From an archaeon (GTDB lineage: Archaea > Nanobdellota > Nanobdellia > Pacearchaeales > GW2011-AR1), in NCBI GenBank assembly GCA_030636025.1, contig DAOVXQ010000001.1:24791-88790 (forward strand): DNA of 64,000 nt, in the 5' to 3' direction. The notes under the pieces are model-generated. The model worked only from the letters and a program-made list of their open reading frames with translations. It searched no databases and was not told the origin of the DNA. The position numbers and the translations under genes are program-made. This document shows positions 56,414-64,000 of this stretch, piece by piece. Numbering within the stretch: position 1 is the stretch's first letter; every line of letters begins with the position of its first letter.

Positions 56414-57361
56414 TTATCTCAATTCAATAAATTCATAACTCCTTTTTAATTGTTTTTTACTTTCTCTTAATGGCGAGCTAATTAATAATTGTCTTTTTAC
56501 AGGTCCCTGGATGCTTCCAAAAACAATAATATAATCTGATTTTATTTTGCCAAAATGCTTAAATCCTTTTTTAAGATTAATATCTTTTTCAGAAATGCTT
56601 CCAATTTCAACAAGGTTATTATTATAAATCACCCTCGTGAAATATCCCATTTGTCCCATTTTAGGTTCTCTAAATGTAACTCTTGCTGGATGCCACGGAC
56701 CACCACTCCCAGGCCCCCTCCGCCCTTTTTCTGATTTATGACTTCTTAATGCTAATCCAAATCTTTTCATAGGCCCCTGAGTCCCCTTGCCTTTTGTAAC
56801 TCCTCGAACATCAACCAGCCCCCCAGAAAAAACATCTTTAACAGAAATTTCTTTTTTCAAATTCTCCTTAACAAAATTCAATTTCACCTCAAAATTTCCA
56901 GCAAGTCCAATCTCAGACACATCAGGCTTTCTTTTAATTCCAGTTTTTTTAACCTGCGAATAAACAATAATCCGAACATCGTCGGCATCATTTTCAAAAT
57001 CACTAATTTTCTTCTCTACCTTTTTAGGCAACTTAACTTTTTTCTTCATTTCTTTATCAACATTTTCATTTAAAACCTCGCCAAGAACAACCCCGTTTTT
57101 ATAAAACCTAACTGAAAAAATTTTCATTGTCGGGCATTCAATAATTGTAACTGGAATTGTAATCTTCTGACTTTTAGTTAATGAATGCGCCCCATTATCC
57201 TTCACAAAAGCCGACATCATCCCGACTTTGTATCCGATAAATCCAAACAATCCAGAATCCTTTTTCAAATTCGTCCAGCTAACTCTAGGCAAAATTTTCT
57301 TTGCCCTTACTCGCGGATAAAACTGCAAGCTTCCCTTTCTTGGAGCACGATGTTTTGACAT
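56414..57361 (-). CDS. rpl3: Ribosomal protein uL3
   Basis: MSKHRAPRKGSLQFYPRVRA...GYKVGMM.. The start is set at the internal Met; the track extends it to 57448. Confidence 0.9.
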   Translation of the reverse strand: MSKHRAPRKGSLQFYPRVRAKKILPRVSWTNLKKDSGLFGFIGYKVGMMSAFVKDNGAHSLTKSQKITIPVTIIECPTMKIFSVRFYKNGVVLGEVLNENVDKEMKKKVKLPKKVEKKISDFENDADDVRIIVYSQVKKTGIKRKPDVSEIGLAGNFEVKLNFVKENLKKEISVKDVFSGGLVDVRGVTKGKGTQGPMKRFGLALRSHKSEKGRRGPGSGGPWHPARVTFREPKMGQMGYFTRVIYNNNLVEIGSISEKDINLKKGFKHFGKIKSDYIIVFGSIQGPVKRQLLISSPLRESKKQLKRSYEFIELR

Positions 57362-57488
57362 TTTATTTATACTTAGAAAAAACTCAAAGAGCCGTTTCTG
57401 AGCCTGAAAGTAAAAACTTTCTGCTATCAAAAATAGCATATTAAACACTAATATGATAATTTAGTGAGAAAATCTGGGTTTTTAAAGG

Positions 57489-58208
57489 TTATGCCTCAAC
57501 CTCAACTTCTTTCCTAAATTCCCTGCCATCAATATCCAAAAATCTCTCAATCTTCCCAGCCCGTTTAGCCATCTCTCTTATTTTAGCAAAATCCTTTTCA
57601 TCTGTTTCAGGCATAATTATCCCCTCAATTATAAAATTATGTTTTATCTCAATTTTCTTAAAATCCTTAGCTTCGTCATCAAAAATTAAACTATCAACTA
57701 ATCCCTTGTCTGTTGTCTTGATTTTTATAAAATTAATTTTCGCCTTTGCATCTTCTTTTTTTTGACTCCCTGCTCCCTTAGCAGATTTCGGAGATTTTAC
57801 CCGAATTTTCAAATCTGTTTTATCAGTCTTAAAAGACAAAGCAAAAAAAACCTTATCAAATTTATTGCACAAATCCAAAATTTCATCTCCGCTCATTTCT
57901 TTATCATAAATCATATATTTTCTAACCCCCATTGCCATTTTTTTCTCATTATATTCAAACCCCTCCAAATCCAATGCAGAAATTAATGCACCATCAACAC
58001 TAACTTTTTCACTACCTAATTGTTCTGCAAGATACATAATTATCTCCTTAGCATATTCAGAAGTTGTAGCAAGTGTATATTTTCTCTGAGTATTTCTACA
58101 TCTAATCATCGCCCGATTTTCAAAAATCCCCTTACTAAATTTAATAAATTGAGAATGAACTAATTCGTCGACATTTTCCTCAAAAATTTTTTTAATAAAA
58201 CTATCCAT
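57489..58208 (-). CDS. Hypothetical 239-aa protein upstream of the ribosomal-protein cluster
   Basis: Long ORF with a Lys/Asp-rich C-terminal half. No motif recognised. Confidence 0.3.
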   Translation of the reverse strand: MDSFIKKIFEENVDELVHSQFIKFSKGIFENRAMIRCRNTQRKYTLATTSEYAKEIIMYLAEQLGSEKVSVDGALISALDLEGFEYNEKKMAMGVRKYMIYDKEMSGDEILDLCNKFDKVFFALSFKTDKTDLKIRVKSPKSAKGAGSQKKEDAKAKINFIKIKTTDKGLVDSLIFDDEAKDFKKIEIKHNFIIEGIIMPETDEKDFAKIREMAKRAGKIERFLDIDGREFRKEVEVEA

Positions 58209-58297
58209 CTTAAAAATTATTTTTATATATTTATAAATGTTTAGTTGAAAATAACTTTTCTAACAACATTTATAAAGATTTATCGTCATATATTTCC

Positions 58298-59344
58298 ATG
58301 TTAAACGAAAAACTTTTTAGAAACATAATCTTGATTGTATTAATTACCGGACTATTTATATTAGCCGCATTAATTATAAGACCAATAATTATTCCAATAA
58401 TTTTCGGCATATTATTAACATATATTTTTTATTCTTCTTATGAATTTGTATTAAGCAAAATCAAAAACGAAAGTCTGTCTGCATTAGCAGTTTGCATTGC
58501 TCTTTTGTTAATTATATTAATCCCTCTGATTTTAATTTTTAAAGCATTAGTAAATCAAGCAATTGCACTTTATCTTGCAATGCAAAATATAAGTTTAGCC
58601 ACAATCTTTGAAGGAATCCTCCCAACCTTTTTATCTCAATCAGAAATGTCTGCAACTTTTTCAAACTCTTTAAATAATCTCATAACACAAATTCTTACAT
58701 CCGGCATCCAGAGTTTCACTAATTTTATTCTCAATCTTCCTGTAAATTTACTTAAATTATTTGTTGTTATATTTGTCTTTTTCTTTGGTTTAAGAGATGG
58801 AAAAAAAGTCTTACTTTATCTTCGGTCATTATCTCCATTAAGTAGTGGTACTGAAAAACAATTTTCCAAACAATTCAAAGATGTAACTTATTCTGTTTTA
58901 GTTGGGCAAATTATAATCGGGCTTATTCAAGGAGTTGTCGCAGGAATCGGATATTTTATTTTCGGAGTTCCAAATGCACTTCTTTTAGCATTATTAACTG
59001 CCTTAGTTGGTGTAATCCCGTTAATTGGTCCGTGGTTGGTCTGGGTTCCAATAGATGCATACTTATTTGCAACAGGCAAAACAGGGCCAGGAATTGGGCT
59101 ATTAATTTACGGACTAATTGTGATTTCATGGTTAGATACAATAATCCGCCCTTTAATCGTATCCAAAAAAACAAAAATAAACTCTGCAATTGTGATTATT
59201 GGAATGATTGGAGGATTATTTGTCTTCGGAGTTTTAGGACTTATAATCGGTCCCTTAGTTTTAGCCTATATTCTTTTAATACTCGAAATCTATAGAAAAA
59301 GCAAAACAACAAAGAACATTCTTTTTGAACCAGTAAAAAAATAA
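58298..59344 (+). CDS. AI-2E family (UPF0118/PerM-like) transporter
   Basis: 348 aa with ~8 TM segments and the family's architecture. Confidence 0.65.
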   Translation: MLNEKLFRNIILIVLITGLFILAALIIRPIIIPIIFGILLTYIFYSSYEFVLSKIKNESLSALAVCIALLLIILIPLILIFKALVNQAIALYLAMQNISLATIFEGILPTFLSQSEMSATFSNSLNNLITQILTSGIQSFTNFILNLPVNLLKLFVVIFVFFFGLRDGKKVLLYLRSLSPLSSGTEKQFSKQFKDVTYSVLVGQIIIGLIQGVVAGIGYFIFGVPNALLLALLTALVGVIPLIGPWLVWVPIDAYLFATGKTGPGIGLLIYGLIVISWLDTIIRPLIVSKKTKINSAIVIIGMIGGLFVFGVLGLIIGPLVLAYILLILEIYRKSKTTKNILFEPVKK

Positions 59345-59345
59345 A

Positions 59346-60818
59346 ATGAGGTTAAAAGTAAAAATATTAAAATTTTTAGCAGGAAAACCGATATGCATAA
59401 TTCATGAAAAAACCGCAAAAAAAATGAGTTTGCATGTTAATAATAGAATTTCTATTAAGATAGGCCATAAGAATTTAATCTCTGCCATTGACACTGCAGA
59501 AGGGATATTAAACCCAAATGAAATCGCTGTTTCTAATGAAATTGTAAAACACTTAAAATTAAAAAAAGGAAACAAAGTAAATGTTCAAATTGCCTCCCCG
59601 CCAAAAAGTGCAGGGTTTATTAAAAAGAAATTAAATGGAGAACCATTAGAAAAAAAAGAAATTAACGAAATAATCAAAGATATAGCAAACAATCATTTAA
59701 CAGAAATTGAAATAGCATTTTTTATCTCAGGAGTTTATAATTTTGGGATGTCTTTAAATGAAACGAAAAATATGATTCAGGCAATGGTTAAAACAGGAAA
59801 GGTGATTAAGCTAAAAGGTAAAATTGTTGATAAGCATTGTATTGGGGGAATTGCAGGCAACCGGACAACGCCCCTAGTGGTTTCTATTTGCGCTGCTGCA
59901 GGATTAAAAATGCCAAAAACTTCTTCAAGAGCAATAACAAGTGCTGCTGGAACAGCAGATGTTATCGAAACTCTGGCAAATGTTAATTTTCCAATTAAAA
60001 AAATAAAAAAAATAATCAATAAAACAAATGCCTGCATGGTTTGGGGCGGGGCATTAGGATTAGCCCCAACAGACTCAAAAATAATAAAAATAGAAAGAAG
60101 AATCCACATAGATTCAAGTGCTTTAATGTTGTCGAGCATTATCTCAAAAAAACTTTCAGTCGGGAGCAAATATGTTTTAATTGATATTCCTTATGGAAAA
60201 TCTGCAAAGGTGTCCAAAAAACAAGCAGAAATTTTAAAAGAGAAATTTATCAAACTTTCTAAAAAATTTGATTTAAAATTAAAAGTAGTTTTAACAGACG
60301 GAAAAGGACCAATTGGAAATGGAATCGGCCCTGTTTTAGAAATGAATGATGTTTTATCTGTCCTTAAAAGAGAAAATCCCCCAATGGATTTAGAAGAAAA
60401 ATCAATCATGCTTGCAGGAAACTTATTGGAAATGGCAAAGAAAACAAAAAAAGGACAAGGAGAAAAATTAGCAAAACAAATTTTAGATTCAGGAAAGGCA
60501 CTCAAAAAATTTCAACAAATAATTAAAGCCCAGCAGGGAAAAATTAAAAAACTAAAACTCGGAAAATTTTCTCATACAATTTATGCAAAAAGAAAAACTA
60601 AAATAAAACATTTAGATAATAAACTAATAAATTATCTCGCAAGATTTACAGGTTGCCCCGAGGATAAATCCGCAGGAATTTATCTTTATAAAAAAGCAGG
60701 AGATACTGCAGAAAAGAGAGAGAAGATTATGACAATTTATGCACAATCAAAAGAAAAACTAAAAAATGCAGAAAAATTTTATAATAAAAATAAAAAAGAG
60801 ATGATTGTGGTTGGGTAA
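59346..60818 (+). CDS. Thymidine/AMP phosphorylase family enzyme (archaeal AMP phosphorylase-like, ~490 aa)
   Basis: HCIGGIAGNRTTPLVVSICAAAGLKMPKTSSRAITSAAGTADVIE matches the pyrimidine-nucleoside phosphorylase core. An N-terminal extension is typical of archaeal AMPpase. Confidence 0.65.
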   Translation: MRLKVKILKFLAGKPICIIHEKTAKKMSLHVNNRISIKIGHKNLISAIDTAEGILNPNEIAVSNEIVKHLKLKKGNKVNVQIASPPKSAGFIKKKLNGEPLEKKEINEIIKDIANNHLTEIEIAFFISGVYNFGMSLNETKNMIQAMVKTGKVIKLKGKIVDKHCIGGIAGNRTTPLVVSICAAAGLKMPKTSSRAITSAAGTADVIETLANVNFPIKKIKKIINKTNACMVWGGALGLAPTDSKIIKIERRIHIDSSALMLSSIISKKLSVGSKYVLIDIPYGKSAKVSKKQAEILKEKFIKLSKKFDLKLKVVLTDGKGPIGNGIGPVLEMNDVLSVLKRENPPMDLEEKSIMLAGNLLEMAKKTKKGQGEKLAKQILDSGKALKKFQQIIKAQQGKIKKLKLGKFSHTIYAKRKTKIKHLDNKLINYLARFTGCPEDKSAGIYLYKKAGDTAEKREKIMTIYAQSKEKLKNAEKFYNKNKKEMIVVG

Positions 60819-60908
60819 ATTTTCCCAAACCTTAAATAAAAAACCCCACAAAATTTTTCCCTTAAACCTTATCAAAATGTTTTTATATACCCAATCCTAA
60901 TTTTAAAT

Positions 60909-62267
60909 ATGGAAAAAAAGAAAAGAGGAGAGAGAACTAGCAAAAACACAGAAGGACCAATTTCTCCAATACATCCAAAACATTTTTATGATAAAATTCA
61001 TATCTTAGTAAAGAACAAACTCTGGTTGCAAGTTTTCATTGCATTAGTTTTAGGTATTTTCATTGGTTTTTTAATCGGCCCAACCTTTGGTTTTTTAGAT
61101 ATTGAAACTTCTAAATTAATCGGGGAATGGGCATCACTGCCAGGGATTATATTTTTAAAAGTAATACAAATGGTTGTCGTCCCCCTGATATTTGTATCAA
61201 TAATTATCGGGATAACTGGCGCAAAAAATTTAAGACAACTCAAACGAATGGGTTTAACCCTCGCTGTTTATTTCATATTCACAACAATCATCGCAGTAAT
61301 AATCGCAATCTTGCTTGCTTCAATAATCCAGCCAGGAAATTATATTTCTAAAGAATCAATTAATTTAGCCAATAACGGAAACACATCTGTTTCACAAATT
61401 AATTCTTTCTCAATTCCAGATTTTTCAGAGATTCCCTCTTTTGTAGAAGCAATTTTCCCAACGAATTTATTTGGCTCAATCGTCCATGGCGAATTACTTG
61501 CAATAGTTTTTTTTGCAATAATTTTTGGAATCGCTTTAATTTGTATTAATGCAAAAAAATCAAGGCCCCTAATTTCTTTATTTAGTTCTGTTCAAAGTAT
61601 CTGCATGACTGTAATAAAATGGGCAATGTTGTTAGCCCCTATCGCTGTTTTCGGAATGATGATAAAACTAACAACTGATTTTGGCCTGTCAACATTATTG
61701 GGCTTAGGCACCTATGTTTTAACAGTTTTAGCAGGTTTATTAATTTTAATAATTTTTTATTTTATTATAGTTTTTATTTTCGCAAAAAAAACTCCCTTTG
61801 AATTTTTCAGGCAAATAAGAGATGCTCAGTTACTGGCCTTTTCAACCTCAAGTTCTGCAGCAGTAATGCCTCTGTCTATGAAAGTTTCTGAAGAAAAATT
61901 AAAAGTAAGACCTGCCGTAGCACAATTTGTTATTCCAACAGGCGCGGTTATCAACATGGACGGAACAGCACTCTATCAGGTAATTGCAACAATGTTTTTG
62001 GCACAAGTATTTGGAATCCCCCTCGGGATAACTGCCTTATTAATTTTAGTTGTTACTGTTGTCGGAGCATCTATCGGAACCCCTTCAACACCAGGAGCAG
62101 GAATCGCAATCCTAGCAATGATTTTAACAGGATTAGGAATCCCATTAACAGGAATCGCCCTCATCCTCGGTGTTGACAGAATCCTTGATATGAGCAGAAC
62201 AACAATTAATGTAACAGGAGATTTAACAGCCAGTGTATTTATTGATAAAGTTGTAAAAGAAGTTTGA
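60909..62267 (+). CDS. Dicarboxylate/amino-acid:cation symporter (GltP/DAACS family)
   Basis: 452 aa, a polytopic protein with the SDF-family re-entrant loop composition (...AAVMPLS...). Confidence 0.7.
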   Translation: MEKKKRGERTSKNTEGPISPIHPKHFYDKIHILVKNKLWLQVFIALVLGIFIGFLIGPTFGFLDIETSKLIGEWASLPGIIFLKVIQMVVVPLIFVSIIIGITGAKNLRQLKRMGLTLAVYFIFTTIIAVIIAILLASIIQPGNYISKESINLANNGNTSVSQINSFSIPDFSEIPSFVEAIFPTNLFGSIVHGELLAIVFFAIIFGIALICINAKKSRPLISLFSSVQSICMTVIKWAMLLAPIAVFGMMIKLTTDFGLSTLLGLGTYVLTVLAGLLILIIFYFIIVFIFAKKTPFEFFRQIRDAQLLAFSTSSSAAVMPLSMKVSEEKLKVRPAVAQFVIPTGAVINMDGTALYQVIATMFLAQVFGIPLGITALLILVVTVVGASIGTPSTPGAGIAILAMILTGLGIPLTGIALILGVDRILDMSRTTINVTGDLTASVFIDKVVKEV

Positions 62268-62315
62268 TAGAGTTTTTTAGATGTAGATTATATTTTCCAA
62301 TAAGAATTTTTTCAT

Positions 62316-64000
62316 TTACCGATTCTTCTCAGCCCGAGGGTGTTCATACCCTAATCCTCTTCTTACTCTTAATTGTTTAATATGCTTCTTTTTTTCTTTT
62401 AAGAATTTATCTATATCCAATTTATATTCGTCAATCATTCTTGAAGCATGACTCCCCCCTAAAAAATGAGGCATGATAACATAAGTCGCTCCCTTTTCAT
62501 ACAAAACATTCGCCTCCTCAATATTATGTGAAATAACTATAATAATCGCCTCTTTATTTATTTGTTTAACTTTATTAATCAATAATAAATTTGTTTCAAA
62601 CTCTGGAATTGTTGAAACAATCATTTTTGTTTTAATTAAATTTAATTCACTTAAAAATTCTTCATCATCTACATCCCCATATCTACAGTCAATTTTTTTC
62701 TTAGATAATTCAAACATTGTTTCAGGATTATAATCCACAACCAAAAATTTCTTTTTTAATTTTTTAAATGATTCTAAAAGGTCATAGCCAATTCGGTTAT
62801 ACCCAAATAAAACAATATCATAATCCTTGAACTCCTGCTCGCCTTCCCGAACTTTTTTTCTTTCAAATATAGAAAGATATTTAGATAAATAAGGATAAAT
62901 TTTATTAGAGTATAAAATTAAATATGTCGAGCCAGAAATAGTTATTATCCCGACAATTGTAACAAGTGACAATATTTCATTAGTTAGATGTCCTGCACTA
63001 ACACCTAATGCTATAAGAATTAAAGAAAATTCACTTATCTGAGCCACTGTAAGCCCGGCCTGGAATCCGGTTTTTTTCTTATATCCAAGCAAACCCATTA
63101 AAATCATAACAATTAAAGGATTCCCAATAAGGATAAACAAAGAGAAAATTATCGCCGGGACAATTAAATCATTTATGTTTCCAAAAACCATTTGAGAGCC
63201 AAGGAGTATAAAAAATAAAATAATAAAGAAGTCTCTTAAGGGTCTCATTTTTGAGCTGATTTCATAATGGAAAGGAGACATGGAAAGTGCAATACCTGCA
63301 ACTAAAGCACCGATTTCCATTGAAAAGCCCATATAATGGAATAATGCTGCCAGACCCAACCCCCACCCAATTGAAAACAAAAATAGGAATTCCTGTGATT
63401 TGGCAAAGAAGTTTGATAAACTCGGCAGAACATAAATACTAATTAAAACAAATCCCCCGATTAATAAAACTCCGCTCAAAATATTTCCAAGAGATAAACT
63501 GTCCATACTTAAGTTGCCTGAAAAAGAAGAAATCACCATCAGGAGAATTATCACAAAAATATCCTGCACCAATAAAAAACCAATTGAAATTTTCCCGTAT
63601 AATTTTTCTAAATCTTTTTTATCAGACAACAGCTTCATAATTATAATCGTGCTACTGAATGTTAAGGCGATTGCAATATAAAACGAAACAATTACTGAAA
63701 ATCCTAATAGTCTGCTTATCAAAAAACCAAACAAAGATGTAAAAACAATTTGGCCAATTCCAGTTATCAGGGAAACCTTTCCAACTTCTTTTATAACTTT
63801 TGGGCTTAAACTTAGACCAACAATAAAAAGAAGCAATGCCACACCGATTTGAGAAAAAACTTTCAGTGTCTCAGTTGATTGCACAATATTCAAAAAATAA
63901 GGGCTGACAATTATTCCAGTAAGAATATAACCAATTATCAAAGGTTGCTTCAACAACCGCGTTATTCCTGCAATCAAAACAGTTATCGCAATGATTATAC
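62316..64000 (-). CDS. CPA2-family cation/proton antiporter with a C-terminal RCK/TrkA-N domain; the N-terminus runs off the window (partial)
   Basis: Kef-type TM core (GYILTGIIVSP) plus C-terminal DIVLFGYNRIGYDL (Rossmann/RCK). The frame stays open beyond the TTG at 63977 to the window edge. Confidence 0.7.
   Translation of the reverse strand, partial: IIIAITVLIAGITRLLKQPLIIGYILTGIIVSPYFLNIVQSTETLKVFSQIGVALLLFIVGLSLSPKVIKEVGKVSLITGIGQIVFTSLFGFLISRLLGFSVIVSFYIAIALTFSSTIIIMKLLSDKKDLEKLYGKISIGFLLVQDIFVIILLMVISSFSGNLSMDSLSLGNILSGVLLIGGFVLISIYVLPSLSNFFAKSQEFLFLFSIGWGLGLAALFHYMGFSMEIGALVAGIALSMSPFHYEISSKMRPLRDFFIILFFILLGSQMVFGNINDLIVPAIIFSLFILIGNPLIVMILMGLLGYKKKTGFQAGLTVAQISEFSLILIALGVSAGHLTNEILSLVTIVGIITISGSTYLILYSNKIYPYLSKYLSIFERKKVREGEQEFKDYDIVLFGYNRIGYDLLESFKKLKKKFLVVDYNPETMFELSKKKIDCRYGDVDDEEFLSELNLIKTKMIVSTIPEFETNLLLINKVKQINKEAIIIVISHNIEEANVLYEKGATYVIMPHFLGGSHASRMIDEYKLDIDKFLKEKKKHIKQLRVRRGLGYEHPRAEKNR

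Noticed and set aside
57362-57488. A structured autoregulatory leader or promoter upstream of rpl3 (imperfect inverted repeat around gagccgtttctgagcctg).
   Set aside because: The dyad is weak and interrupted. Without transcript mapping or covariation I cannot support a regulatory RNA element.
403-62164. Many 60-130-aa ORFs in the supplied track that lie antisense to or nested within longer genes: 403-609, 2945-3289, 5113-5316, 8917-9117, 11034-11240, 12499-12693, 13059-13253, 13550-13785, 14745-14942, 16096-16341, 21675-22081, 23594-23800, 24077-24584, 25778-25972, 26564-26842, 34446-34634, 36360-36662, 37381-37758, 38583-38828, 39330-39518, 44675-44965, 45141-45428, 45941-46525, 47234-47440, 47799-47996, 49071-49837, 51120-51455, 51776-51988, 52642-52824, 53261-53926, 54257-54439, 55099-55621, 55880-56383, 57762-57986, 58956-59295, 59777-60505, 60998-61351 and 61976-62164.
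   Set aside because: They overlap well-supported genes on the opposite strand or in another frame. Their translations are low-complexity and Phe/Leu/Ile-rich, the typical antisense product of an AT-rich genome. None has a recognisable motif.
1-64000. A search for tRNA, rRNA, CRISPR arrays, integrases or transposases, and for terminal inverted repeats.
   Set aside because: No GC-rich cloverleaf-sized islands occur in intergenic spacers, all of which are shorter than 200 bp and AT-rich. There are no regularly spaced direct repeats and no ORF with integrase or transposase motifs. The only sizeable repeat is the tandem duplication at 7480-8360.

Overview
The window is AT-rich (roughly 30% GC by eye, not computed) and archaeal. 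Archaea-specific ribosomal proteins eL19, eL32 and eS4, aSUI1, AglB/STT3 and a thymidine/AMP phosphorylase-family enzyme are all present. Many genes use GTG/TTG starts and overlap their neighbours by 4 or 8 nt. Small ribosomal proteins carry Lys-rich extensions and canonical neighbours are missing, which would be compatible with a reduced, DPANN-like or other AT-rich archaeal genome, but this is an inference. The window falls into three parts. (1) 1 to ~40.7 kb is a very dense cell-surface glycan biosynthesis island anchored by aglB. It carries a flippase, at least ten glycosyltransferases (GT2, GT4, GT9-like, CgeB-like, GT-C), a gmd-like 4,6-dehydratase with a gmm-like NUDIX, an RfbH/ColD-type sugar 3-dehydratase, a YerE/ALS-like TPP enzyme, two paralogous cassettes of truncated E1-alpha/E1-beta TPP subunits with NUDIX and radical SAM, three SPASM-type radical SAM enzymes, two B12-binding radical SAM enzymes, methyltransferases, a nucleotidyltransferase fused to an archaeal iPGM-like domain, and two further alkaline-phosphatase-superfamily enzymes. 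(2) 41.7 to 57.4 kb holds prefoldin alpha, a DUF106/Oxa1-like protein, secY and the canonical archaeal ribosomal-protein cluster (uL3 through uL15), interrupted by three non-ribosomal ORFs. (3) 58.3 to 64 kb holds an AI-2E permease, the phosphorylase, a GltP-type symporter and a CPA2 antiporter that runs off the window end. I found no tRNA, rRNA, CRISPR array, transposase or integrase. All homology calls rest on motif recognition by eye and none has been database-verified.
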